A stretch of 64,000 bases of DNA from Andalucia godoyi And28 (Eukaryota > Protista > Jakobida): the NCBI GenBank assembly GCA_009859145.1, contig VRVR01000002.1, forward strand, positions 473,853 to 537,852, written 5' to 3'. Shown here one piece after another: positions 39,696 through 49,768 of the stretch (position 1 is its first letter; each line of letters begins with the position of its first letter). The translations under genes were made by a program, and so were the position numbers. The notes beneath the pieces are model-generated. The model saw nothing but the letters and a program-made list of their open reading frames with translations, searched no databases and had not been told where the DNA came from.

Positions 39696-40829
39696 TCAGT
39701 TCGAAGAGCCCGCAGCAGACACTGTAGGGATTCTGGAAGTCGATGCAGACGACTGGATCGATGGAGATCTGGAGCGGCTGATTGCCGAACCCTCTGCAGA
39801 AGAAGAGGTCGACGGCGAAGCTGCTCCCGAGGCAGAGGCAAGGCTGCTTCGCGAGGAAGCGTTCGCACCAATCTCCTTTTGGCGATCTTCCACCGCCTTT
39901 CGATAGTACTTGAACGCACTGGTCTCTTCAAGATACCGCGCGCTAATTCCAGACTGCGTGTTCTCCAGCTCCCGCTGGCGAACATATCGCTCATAGGGGT
40001 CCGGAAGAACTGCCTTGAGAGCATGCTGCGAATCCTCCAACGAGCGCTCATAATCCGTTTTCCCTCGATAGCATTTGAGCAGCTTTGTGTACTCCCTGAA
40101 CCAAATGTCGTCGGCGGACCATTCACGGTACAACGCATTCAGGAAATCGACATACTCGGACTCTTCGGTGGTATCGGTCCACACATCGGCAAGCTCGAAA
40201 AGCGCAGCCAGAAACGTGTGCAGATCGATTTTGTGATCCTTGGACTTTTTTGCATCTTCTGCATAGTCTTCGTATGCCTGCTCCACCCGGTCTCGGAAGG
40301 AATCGAACGGAAGCAATCTCTCGTATGCGAGCGTAAAGACAATGACGTAGAGCGGACGCGGAAGCGCACCGAGAGAGGGCAGTTTTCGCTCCATCGTGGA
40401 CCACCACCGCTCACTCGCGGCAATCACCAAGAGCGACGAGCGGTTATGATCACGCGCCGACATGTTCGGGTATGTGTACATCGATGCATCGCCTTGCTTG
40501 CGCTTGTCAAGTCCTGAACTTTTCTCCTTCAGCGCGGGAATAGAAAGTTTGGAGCCAGAAGACGCACCCGCAGCAGCCACAGCCTTTGGTATTTCCACTT
40601 TCAAAAGCCCCTTATCCACCATTTCTCGCATAAGTTTCTTGTAGAAAACCATGCGAGACTTTCGATGCGAGATCTTTGTGTTTACAATGAACATCAATGA
40701 TCGAGCCATGACATCCATCGAGTTGGACCGCTGTCGCCCAGTAACTTCTCGATTGTGTCGCTTAGCAGTGACTGGTCGCTTGAACGCAGACACGGCATGC
40801 ATCACCGTGAGCATCTTCCAGAGCGTCAT
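39696..40829 (-). CDS. Hypothetical protein with degenerate EF-hand-like segment
   Basis: 377-aa ORF; YEDYAED...KIDLHTFLAALFELADVWTD...EYVDFL helical segment. Confidence 0.7.
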   Translation of the reverse strand: MTLWKMLTVMHAVSAFKRPVTAKRHNREVTGRQRSNSMDVMARSLMFIVNTKISHRKSRMVFYKKLMREMVDKGLLKVEIPKAVAAAGASSGSKLSIPALKEKSSGLDKRKQGDASMYTYPNMSARDHNRSSLLVIAASERWWSTMERKLPSLGALPRPLYVIVFTLAYERLLPFDSFRDRVEQAYEDYAEDAKKSKDHKIDLHTFLAALFELADVWTDTTEESEYVDFLNALYREWSADDIWFREYTKLLKCYRGKTDYERSLEDSQHALKAVLPDPYERYVRQRELENTQSGISARYLEETSAFKYYRKAVEDRQKEIGANASSRSSLASASGAASPSTSSSAEGSAISRSRSPSIQSSASTSRIPTVSAAGSSN

Positions 40830-41990
40830 TTTCCCCGTCTCGAAACGTACAGTAATTATCGTTCTTTATCCTCCTTTTCCCGTCTTTCTCTGTTATAATT
40901 TTTTTTTTTTTTGTTGCTGTTGTTTTTGTTTTGTGGGAAGTTGTCGTCGTCTTTTTCCTCTTCTTCTGCTTACCGAGACGCCCTTAACAGTCGTTGAATA
41001 CAGAATACTCAAAAGCACACAAACAACAACAACTGCAGAATAAAATAAAAACAGATACTTAAACAACAACAAGAAGAAGACGGACAACGGAAAAATGGCC
41101 CTGCAAACTCGATAAAATCAGAAAGGAAAAAACAAAAAAACAAAAAACACAAAAACGAAACACAACAACAACAACAAACAAATGCGCAGCGCGTGTGCAC
41201 GGTGGTTCTGCGCGGTTTGCGGGTGTTGAGCAGGAAAATAGAGAAGCAAAGGGAAAAAAAGGAGGGAGGGGCTGACGGGAGGGCGAGGACGCTCACCCCC
41301 TTTTTTTGACCTTTTATCCATCACTCCCTGAATGCAATCCAGATTGGGTTTCGCACGAAGCGATCCGTTCCGCAAGCCTTGAGCAGACGAATCGTTTCTC
41401 CTCTCACGCGAGCGCTGCTGACAGAGAGTGGTCCGCCGTCCAATTCCATCAACCTTGACGTCACATCCAGTCATCATGCACCACCAACAGGCATTGCCAT
41501 TTTCCGGATGTGCTTTGATCAATCGCAGGACGCAGCCTCTGTTTTGCACTGATTATGCACAGCCATGACTGACGACGCACAATCGGTGTTGCAATCTGAA
41601 ACTGTGTTGCAGTACCGGGAAAAGGGAAGGGATTGATCCCATCGTGCACTTCGGCGTTCGTAAGATTACTGTTATGCGCACCCGTCCCATTCGCGACCGA
41701 TCCGACACCCGATAGCAGCTGGTGGCGTCATTGACGAGATCGGCATCACGTACATCGGAGTTCCCTGTGGCCAGACCACAGAAGAAAAAAGAGAAGAAAG
41801 AAATATTTGAATAAAAAAAACCCAATTAAAAAAGTAGGACAATGCGTCACATGCAAAATTAGAATTACAGGATACACTTTGTTAACCCTGGCAGAATCAC
41901 CGCAGCATACTATGAATTCACATTGCCATCCTGTGGACAATGATGCACGACGATATTCCAATTCGTTCCGGCGGTGCGAAGCCGATGTGT

Positions 41991-43133
41991 TTACTTTTTA
42001 TACTTTTTGGCAGGTGGAGCGCTCTTCTTGGGATCTGTCGCAGCAGTCTTTCTGAGAGGCGCGTTTGCAGTCTTGGGAGCCGCGGAGAAGAACTGGTCGA
42101 GACGATTCTGAGTCCCCTTCCCCGCGCTCTTTGCCTGCTTGATTTTCTGGCAAATTTTTCGGATTCGTTCCTCTTGAAACCCCTTTTCCTTGCAGAGAAA
42201 GTCGACCAGCCCGTCCTCGTCGACCTCGCCCCATTTGAGTTCGGCTTTCACGGCCTCGAGATCGACGGACGGCGGATTGGAGAAGAACTCGATGATTTCC
42301 GTGTATGGAAACGGCTCTGGCAACGCGTTTTTGTCCTTGTCGAGATGCGGGATGATTGCCTCGATGGTTTTGTATTTTTGCACCAAACTGAGTGCTCGCA
42401 CGGGCCCAATACCCTTGATTGTTCCCGAGTAGTCGCATCCACACAAGATGCACATGTTGATGAACTCGGGTTGCGAAAGACCGAGTCCCTCGAGCGCCTT
42501 TTGCAAGTCAATCACCATGACGCCGCCCTTTTCTTTTAAGTTTTGCTGAGTAAACGTCAGGTTACGGGCAAGAATGGGAGTCCCAAACGTCAAGGTATCC
42601 ATATCTTCGGACCCGGCAGCCCACACTAGTCCCGCCTTGCAAAGAGCCGCACACTGCGCTTCTGCCTCGGACGGCGCCATCACGATCGGCACACCCAGAA
42701 GCTTCAACAGGCGCTGCACCTCACTGTTCTGTTCACGAGAAACTCGAATAGTTCGTTTTCCATACTTGATGTGATCTTCTGTTCCTTCCTCTGCATCTTC
42801 CAGTTTCTTTGCATTCTCCTCTGCCCGCTCTCGGCGCTTCTCCAGCTCCCGTTTCTTGAGCTCCGGGGCCTCTCCATCAAACACATAGACAGGCTTCACT
42901 CCAAACTCCATCAACCGCACCGTTCTCGTCAGAATCCCCTGCAGATGCGATGTCACCTCACCCGATTCATTCGTCAGGTCCGCACCAGTCCCCCGAATCC
43001 CAATCAAGAACTGATATATCGACATCGATGCATCAATCGCAATCTTTCGATTAAACAGGTTTTCAATCGGAGTATACGAAATCGCTAGCGGTGCATGCGA
43101 TGATATCAGCCCTGTAAGTCCGTGGATCCCCAT
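41991..43133 (-). CDS. FEN1: Flap endonuclease 1
   Basis: MGIHGL, AIDASMSIYQF, YVFDG, APSEAEAQCA, SEDMDTL, ILCGCDY, GIGP, PIP box QNRLDQFF. Confidence 0.97.
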   Translation of the reverse strand: MGIHGLTGLISSHAPLAISYTPIENLFNRKIAIDASMSIYQFLIGIRGTGADLTNESGEVTSHLQGILTRTVRLMEFGVKPVYVFDGEAPELKKRELEKRRERAEENAKKLEDAEEGTEDHIKYGKRTIRVSREQNSEVQRLLKLLGVPIVMAPSEAEAQCAALCKAGLVWAAGSEDMDTLTFGTPILARNLTFTQQNLKEKGGVMVIDLQKALEGLGLSQPEFINMCILCGCDYSGTIKGIGPVRALSLVQKYKTIEAIIPHLDKDKNALPEPFPYTEIIEFFSNPPSVDLEAVKAELKWGEVDEDGLVDFLCKEKGFQEERIRKICQKIKQAKSAGKGTQNRLDQFFSAAPKTANAPLRKTAATDPKKSAPPAKKYKK

Positions 43134-43518
43134 TTTCCGCACCCCCCTCAAAGACTATAAACAAAAGCAAGAAAACACTGTAACAAAGAGAAGAATACTC
43201 TAAATCAAAATGATAATAATAATTTAATCTTGCCGTGAAGGCGGGATAGTTTTACAGTTCTTCAAAGAGAGCAGACAGGACACGGACCCCTTCTCTCCTT
43301 TTCTCTCACACTCTCTCTCACTCTCACTCTCTCTCACTCTCTCTGCGTGTGTGTCTGTCTACGCAGGATTGTGCATGAGGCCGGTCTGGGAGAGTTTGAA
43401 GATGTCAATTACAATTACAATTGCAATTATGATTACAAGGAGAAAAAGTTGAAAAAATTGAAAGAGAGAGAGAGAGAGAGAGATCACGACGACGACAACG
43501 ATGATGATGACGACAACG

Positions 43519-44301
43519 ATGAAATCTTTTTGCAAACCAGTATCCAATTCGGTTGTGGTTCCGGGCTCGTTCAACCCGTTTCACCAAGGTCATGCGGAGC
43601 TTGCATTTGCTGCATTGCAAAAATACGCTGAGTTGTGGAGTGCACGACAGCATGCGGGCAAAGAGTGTTGCTGCTCAATTGTTTTTGAACTCAGTCGCGA
43701 GAATGTAGACAAGCCGAGTCTGTCGGACGAAGAAGTGGAACGCCGCGTGTCCTCTGTTGCGGACTTCTTTCGTGCCAGTCGAGAATTCCACCCTGAATCG
43801 AAGAGTGCAGTGGTCGCGCAACCGACGGAGAGTGTGCGGCAGGTGGGTGTTGTGTCCAAGCCGGGGTGCCGAACCACCAACGTTCGAATCAGTGTTGCCG
43901 TTACCAAAGCTCCGCGTTTCATTGACAAGCTGTCTTATTTTCAAGATTGTGCCTTTGCAGTTGGCATCGATACCGCAGTTCGTTTGGTGGACCCGAAGTA
44001 CTATGGCGGCAGCCGAAAAGCCCGAGACGATGTGTTGGAGAAATTCGTGGAATCGGGGATCCTGTTCCTTGTCGGTGGACGCTACGAGGCTACTTACTGC
44101 AAACTCCCGCAGCGCCATCCAAGCGCTCCAAAGTTTGCAACGCTGTCGTCGTGTCCCGAGATCGAGGCCGTGGACAAGCGTTTCCATCCGCTTTTTGTAG
44201 AAATTCCCGAGTCTATGTTTCGTGTAGACGTGTCTTCTTCACAGTTGCGTGCTGCACAGGACGCGCAGCGGAGCCAAGCAGGCTCGACATCTTCTTCGTA
44301 A
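43519..44301 (+). CDS. Cytidylyltransferase-superfamily (HxGH) nucleotidyltransferase, NMNAT-like
   Basis: PGSFNPFHQGH, FELS..NVDKP, GIDTAVRLVDPKYY, RVDVSSSQLR. Confidence 0.85.
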   Translation: MKSFCKPVSNSVVVPGSFNPFHQGHAELAFAALQKYAELWSARQHAGKECCCSIVFELSRENVDKPSLSDEEVERRVSSVADFFRASREFHPESKSAVVAQPTESVRQVGVVSKPGCRTTNVRISVAVTKAPRFIDKLSYFQDCAFAVGIDTAVRLVDPKYYGGSRKARDDVLEKFVESGILFLVGGRYEATYCKLPQRHPSAPKFATLSSCPEIEAVDKRFHPLFVEIPESMFRVDVSSSQLRAAQDAQRSQAGSTSSS

Positions 44302-44426
44302 TGTGCTCCGCGGACTGTAGGTATTGCATGCCAGAAAATGTAAACAAGACAGGCATAAAAAGAAAAATAGGCCCACGAAAAGAGACTGAACCCGAGAGGC
44401 TGCCTTTTTTTATTTATTATCATTAA

Positions 44427-47387
44427 TTACTTGTCGCGTTGGAGAGCTTGATCCAGACTGTGAGAAGTCCATTTGGCGATTTCTTCTTCGGACCATCGGA
44501 CTTTGTACAGACTGCAGATGCCATGCCAATCGGCAATCACGATTGCAGAGTTTGACGGCTTGCTTTCGGGTGCCCAAACAACAGAGGACACTTTGCGCGG
44601 GGGGAATGCTGAGGAGGAAAGAGACGCCTCGCTCTTCTTGTCCGTCTCCGGGTCAAAAAAGAAGATACTGGATACCGGATCGATAATGGAGGTTGCAAGG
44701 TTCCAGATGTCCACGCGGCCCTTTTGGGTGACAGTCGCCAGCACGCATTCGAGAATCGGATGCCAGGCAACATCCACAAAGCCGTCTTTCTCATTGTTGG
44801 TCGTCGAGATAATGGGTGCCGAGGGATGGTCGGTGTGCCATATGCCAATCGTCCAATCTCCTGATACCGACGCAAAATACGATGGGTTCTTGGGGTTGAA
44901 GCGAGCACGGAACGCAGGTGCTGCGTGAGACGAGAAATGCTCAAGATACTGCTCCGAATACGAACAAGAGCACTTGAAAATGTCGCCATCTTCGGTTGAC
45001 GCCAAATAGATGTTACTGTCCGTTGGGAGAAACGACAGAGACAATCCTCCCGCGTGTCGTGAGATGAAAGCGTCGGATTTGATTGCACCCTTTCGTTGCG
45101 CCGCCGCTCCACCTGAAATACGCTTCAATCGCATCAAGTCCTGGCACTCAAGCCCCTTCTTTGTTGCCCACTGTGCAACGCGACCATCCGAGGAAACCGA
45201 TACAAAGAGACCGTCTGAGCGACACTGGACATCCCACACAGCATCCGTGTGCTTTCCTTGGCCGCGAATCGACTCGTACAAAAGCGCATCCGATACATTC
45301 CGAACACGGATGTCGATCAGAGAAATCGTGCCGTCAATGTGGCCGACACAGAGATTGGAAGCTTGGAAAGGATTAAATGCCAAACACGTGGCACCAGACG
45401 TAAGCGGATACACTCTTTCCGCTGACAGAGGATTCTTAACGTTGAAGACGGCAACACCGCCGACCGATGTACGATCAAACGACGACAAATACGAAACTGC
45501 AAACAAATTCGGATTTCGCGGATTGAACGCAATCGAGGATGCAATCATCATCGATTTTGTCGGCGAAGAGATCGGGCAAGGCATTCTGAACAGCATCAAA
45601 ACACGATCCAAGCGACTTGGAGAGACGATAGTCTCAAAAAGAGTGCGGATGTCATACACAGCCTCTGTGGGTTTGCTACCAGCACCAGCTGCAGCGACGT
45701 CCCCATCCTGAGATGCAGCAATCGATATCGAATCGCTGTCATCGTGCAAATAGCTGTCGTCATCATCATCTCCATCCGCCCCTCCACTCCGCCGCGCCTT
45801 CTTGGCCCCGCCATCCACGTTTCCTTCTTCTTCCGCAGACGGACGCGTAGCCCGAAGAGCTGCTTCCGCCATGAGGGATTCGATGGTCTGTTCCTCATCA
45901 TCGCGCGTCGAGAACGCGTCTTTCAGCAACATCTGTCTGGAGCCAACCACGTTGTTCAGGATCACACGTTCCATGCGAACCAGGGCGTCCACAACTCCTG
46001 GGAAGAGAGAGATGTCAACAGAAGTTCCCCGCAATCCCGGAATTGCGCCGATTCCGGACACTTGTGCGGTAGCGGCACAAGAGGACGCTGCAACTGGCCC
46101 TGCAGGATTGTTGATCGCATCCTCATCCTCGCCATCCTCCTTTTCTTCATCGTCCTTGTCCTCATCTTCGATGCTTTCATGTGCAGCATCGGCAGCGGCA
46201 ACATCCTCCTTCTTCACTACATCTGCCGCATCAGTCGCAAGAAGTCCCAAATCAGCAGCATACGAATCCATCGCATCGTAAATATCGTACACACTGGCTT
46301 CTACACCGCGGTCGATGCGAGGGGCAGCATCGACCTGCACGTCCTTGCTTCGCATGGTCGGATTGAGGGTCTGCATGGGACGATCGGAGTACTTGTCATT
46401 CCCTTGCTTTGCAGTCAGCAGCGCAGCGTATTTCTTGTTGGCATCCTTGACTGACGCAACCGCGGGAGAATCCTGCGGAACAGCCTCTGCTCGGATGTTG
46501 AGGAGTTCAAATGTTCCCGTTTCGCTCAAGACAATTGTAACGGAGTCGTCCAGCGGTACCACGGCATCTCCATCAATTCCAAACGCCTTTCGCAGTCTCA
46601 CCTTCTGCTGTTCCAGTGTCTCCTTTTCCTTTTCCTTGGCTTCCTTCTCTTCTTCTTCCTTTTTCTCTTCCGTGTCACTTCCATTGTCATTGTCGGAGAC
46701 CTGGGACGCAGTCTCGGATATGGAGAACGGAGATCCCGGAACTGATTCGAAGTCGTCGAAGCCCATCGCTGCATGCTTCGAAACAGACTCGCTTCCCGAG
46801 GCCTTCGAAAAGTTGAACGACGACATGCTCGTGCGCTCCCAGTCGCTCACCTCGGATCCCGTGGGAGAAGTGCGGCCACTTTCAGATCCATTACCACCAT
46901 GATGTCGATATGACGACATTTGCGAAGGAGCACGCGTAGACATCGGTGCACCATCCCGTTCCCGTACGCTTCTGTCCCCACCGCCCGCACCGCCTGCGCG
47001 TCTCGGATGATGTCCACCGGGATGGTGTGGATTCTGCGAATGCAGCGGTCGACCATGCAGCGCGATTGGAGTTCTGTTTTCATGTGTTTCTGGATCCAAG
47101 ATTTGGAACCCATCCAAGCTCTCATTGTTGTTATTGCCATGGCTGCTGCTGTTGTTGGGATTGTTCGAATTCGATGCGCTGGATCGAGACATTGCCACGG
47201 ACGTTGCAGACTGGCCCACCGAAGACCCAATTCTGCGCACGTTGGCACTCGATGCAGATGCAGAAGAAGCAGCGAGATTGTTCGACAGCGGATGGCCCCG
47301 GGCAGACCGCGATGACGGAGGCGGCAAGGACGACCGTGCAGAAGACGGCGATGAAGTCACCGTTCCCGACCCACTCGACTTCTTCAT
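44427..47387 (-). CDS. Axonemal dynein intermediate chain, WDR78/DNAI4-like (WD40)
   Basis: MQTLNPTMRSKDVQ, GKHTDAVW, SVSSDGRVAQW, YLASTEDGDIFKCSCSYSEQYL, SGDWTIGIW; long low-complexity N-terminus. Confidence 0.88.
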   Translation of the reverse strand: MKKSSGSGTVTSSPSSARSSLPPPSSRSARGHPLSNNLAASSASASSANVRRIGSSVGQSATSVAMSRSSASNSNNPNNSSSHGNNNNESLDGFQILDPETHENRTPIALHGRPLHSQNPHHPGGHHPRRAGGAGGGDRSVRERDGAPMSTRAPSQMSSYRHHGGNGSESGRTSPTGSEVSDWERTSMSSFNFSKASGSESVSKHAAMGFDDFESVPGSPFSISETASQVSDNDNGSDTEEKKEEEEKEAKEKEKETLEQQKVRLRKAFGIDGDAVVPLDDSVTIVLSETGTFELLNIRAEAVPQDSPAVASVKDANKKYAALLTAKQGNDKYSDRPMQTLNPTMRSKDVQVDAAPRIDRGVEASVYDIYDAMDSYAADLGLLATDAADVVKKEDVAAADAAHESIEDEDKDDEEKEDGEDEDAINNPAGPVAASSCAATAQVSGIGAIPGLRGTSVDISLFPGVVDALVRMERVILNNVVGSRQMLLKDAFSTRDDEEQTIESLMAEAALRATRPSAEEEGNVDGGAKKARRSGGADGDDDDDSYLHDDSDSISIAASQDGDVAAAGAGSKPTEAVYDIRTLFETIVSPSRLDRVLMLFRMPCPISSPTKSMMIASSIAFNPRNPNLFAVSYLSSFDRTSVGGVAVFNVKNPLSAERVYPLTSGATCLAFNPFQASNLCVGHIDGTISLIDIRVRNVSDALLYESIRGQGKHTDAVWDVQCRSDGLFVSVSSDGRVAQWATKKGLECQDLMRLKRISGGAAAQRKGAIKSDAFISRHAGGLSLSFLPTDSNIYLASTEDGDIFKCSCSYSEQYLEHFSSHAAPAFRARFNPKNPSYFASVSGDWTIGIWHTDHPSAPIISTTNNEKDGFVDVAWHPILECVLATVTQKGRVDIWNLATSIIDPVSSIFFFDPETDKKSEASLSSSAFPPRKVSSVVWAPESKPSNSAIVIADWHGICSLYKVRWSEEEIAKWTSHSLDQALQRDK

Positions 47388-47940
47388 GGTTCTCTTCTCT
47401 TCTCTTCTCTTCTCTTCTCTTCTCTTCTCTTCTCTTTCTTTTTTCTTCTTCAAAATAAAAAAAAGTTGTCACGTCTGAGAAGAGCAACCAGAACTGTAGA
47501 AAGTGTTAAAATTATAGCAGAGCAAAAAAAGAACGAAAAGGAAAAAGGAAAAAAATAGAAGTAACCAAAGAGAATGAAAAACTGAAACCCGCCAAAAAGT
47601 CCCAGCAACTGAAAAATATTTCACCATTTAGTAATAAAAAAAGGGGGACTTCGGGGGCTTTTTACAGCAGGCTGTGTGCCTTCCGTTGCCCGACTCTTTG
47701 AGCTGTTTTTATTGTGTTTTAATTCGTTTTCATCGTCTTTGATCCAAAATGCTTTTTGAAACCCTAGCATAGGGTTTTTTTCCCCATCCGGTTAGAACTG
47801 AATAAAAGCAAAATCTCTCTCCCTCTCTCTTTTTCACGATCTCACGATCTCGCCTCTATTTTCTTTTTTTTGTTAGTTCGATTATTTCACTTTGATTTGG
47901 CTATCGTCGTCGTCCGCAATTCGGATTTTTATTGAGAGTT

Positions 47941-48780
47941 ATGTTCGAAACTGCACGAACCATCCGAAAGAAGTACGATATTTCAAGCCAGGTGCTTCGG
48001 AAATGGGCCACTTGCGGAAAGTTACAGTATATCCGCACTTCTTATCAACGACTCTATAATAGCGCCCAACTTCGCGAGCTTGTCGGCGACACGACAGCCG
48101 ATGACAACACTGCTGAAGTTCGCGAGCTTGCCGGCGACACGACAGCTGATGACAATCCATCGCAGACGCGATCAACACTCCTCTACGCCCGGGTGTCCTC
48201 CCAACAACAGGAATCAGACCTTCAGCGCCAAATCGCGGATCTTCGAGCCGCCTTTCCAGGTGCAGCCACAATCTGCGACGTCGGCTCAGGTGTCAACTTT
48301 CACCGTTCCGGATTTAAAACCCTTCTGGGACGCGTTCTGCGCGGAGAGGTCGAGCGCGTCGTGGTTACCCACCGCGACAGACTGTGTCGATTTGCCATCG
48401 ACCTTGTGGAATGGTTCTTGGAACAGTCTGACACAGAACTCGTGGTTCTCGGCACAGATGCTCCAAACGACAGTGCCCACGAGCTCGCGGACGATTTTCT
48501 TGCCATCTCCAACTTCTATGTCGCCTCCTCCATCAATGGACGCCGGCCCGCCGATAACAGCCGCAAACGTCGCCGTGAAGCAACAGGAGTCGCAGAGCAG
48601 CGGGAAAGAGACAAAGAAGAAGAAATCCCTGTTCGGTCGAAAAAGCGACAAGCAGCCAGTCAACAGCGCCAAGACGATCAAGACGTATCCCACTCTTCCG
48701 CAGCGTTCCATGCTGTAGCAGAGGATGTCCAGCAAGGCATTAGCGCTTCTCAAGGACGGGAAGGTGGCATTCGACATTAA
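47941..48780 (+). CDS. tnpA: IS607 TnpA serine recombinase (MerR-type HTH + resolvase)
   Basis: HTH (SQVLRKWA..G..YIRT..QRLY), catalytic YARVSS, DVGSG, THRDRLCRF, ELADD.L; in-frame 48-bp duplication in the linker (48071/48119). Confidence 0.92.
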   Translation: MFETARTIRKKYDISSQVLRKWATCGKLQYIRTSYQRLYNSAQLRELVGDTTADDNTAEVRELAGDTTADDNPSQTRSTLLYARVSSQQQESDLQRQIADLRAAFPGAATICDVGSGVNFHRSGFKTLLGRVLRGEVERVVVTHRDRLCRFAIDLVEWFLEQSDTELVVLGTDAPNDSAHELADDFLAISNFYVASSINGRRPADNSRKRRREATGVAEQRERDKEEEIPVRSKKRQAASQQRQDDQDVSHSSAAFHAVAEDVQQGISASQGREGGIRH

Positions 48781-49150
48781 GGCTGTTCAGAGTCTGGTGC
48801 TCAAAAACGACTCGCCATCGGTGCGCGAGAATCCTTGGCTCAAGGAGACACCCCTTACGACGTCCATGAGGAGGGGCTCCGTGACTTGCTCAAAAGCGTT
48901 CCAGTTCAACTGGGCGAAAACGGAGCGAAAAGAATAACGAGCACACATTCGAGATGAAGGTTCATCGTCGAAGAGGCTCCCTCGGGAACAATTATCATCC
49001 ACGTCAAGCATTGCCGCGACGGCTTTGCTTCCTCGTAAACGTTCGAAACGGAAGGAACACATCAAGACGGCAGAGCTGGTTCCTCAGTGTGTACAACACC
49101 CATTGCGACATGTGTATCTGGTGGTTATGGAGTGCGCAATACCTCTTTGA
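48536..49150 (+). pseudogene. Fanzor2/TnpB N-terminal half, pseudogenised
   Basis: Basic KKKK N-terminus; KTIKTYPTLPQRSML then in-frame TAG at 48716; KALALLKD, NPWLKETP, KAFQFNWAK; frameshifted FEMK..., TIIIHVKH and HIKTAELVP..AIPL pieces. No RuvC-I/II seen. Confidence 0.8.
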
Positions 49151-49299
49151 AGAGCACGGTGCGCTGGAGGGACCCCCTCCCTCCCTCCCTCCCTCCCTCC
49201 CGCGCCAGACGATTGTTATACAACAATGCAACAGTTCCCCATTAGAACCAATCAGCATTGATGCAGCGTGTCGCAGTCGTCCTCCTGTCATAAAGTCAA

Positions 49300-49420
49300 C
49301 GCCTACATTATGCACTGAACATGCATATCTACGAATAGACGTGCATCTTCAATCTTGCGTCCCGTTGCCGGGAAGGGGATAGGCTCCCCAACACGCCTCA
49401 CGGCGTTCTTCAGATAGATG
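49300..49420 (-). ncRNA. Putative omegaRNA scaffold at the Fanzor2 right end
   Basis: Position overlaps the 3' end of the Fanzor coding sequence, as for known TnpB/Fanzor omegaRNAs; conserved blocks shared with 4328-4450. Confidence 0.55.
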
Positions 49421-49560
49421 TTCCGCGATCCGTTCCAATCTCGATCAATCTGTGAGCTACACGCGGGCCATGCAAACACTTTTATGTTTCCGCCTCGACG
49501 TGCATGGATCTCACCGCAGCGCCCGCACGTTTTGGACGAGTGTGCGAAAGCACGAATTCC
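49300..49560 (-). pseudogene. Fanzor2/TnpB C-terminal fragment (zinc ribbon + RuvC-III) with right end, opposite orientation
   Basis: SSKTCGRCGEIH..GG..KVF..PAC...IDRDWNGSRNIYLK, followed by a right end finishing in TGTAGGCG at 49300. Confidence 0.9.
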
Positions 49561-49768
49561 CTGCGAAACAAGCGTGCTGGTGTCGGCCGGTATGGACCCC
49601 ATGTCTAACTTACTTCCCGTATGCATGACAACCACGTGTTATTATTCAACGGCGGTAATTACGTTTCAATAGCACTTAGGAATTTGTGTTTATCTGTCTG
49701 CATTGTGTGCGAAGGAAGCGCGGCACGAGGATTGTGGGGTGGAGGGGGGGGGGGGGGGGGGGGGCATG

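Larger units (their letters stand above)
47834..49150 (+). mobile_element. IS607-family element (TnpA + Fanzor2), right half missing
   Basis: Direct repeats TCACGATC x2 at 47834-47849 (candidate left end), then a TnpA ORF overlapping a decayed TnpB/Fanzor2. Confidence 0.85.

Noticed and set aside
41040-41990. ~950-bp spacer with several short ORFs
   Set aside because: No ORF with a convincing start, motif or clear splice structure; no recognisable RNA gene.
49741-49765. Long G run next to the PSMB1 stop, and a C run at 20640-20657 before the dynein start
   Set aside because: Simple homopolymers like other low-complexity spacer tracts here; no independent evidence of function.
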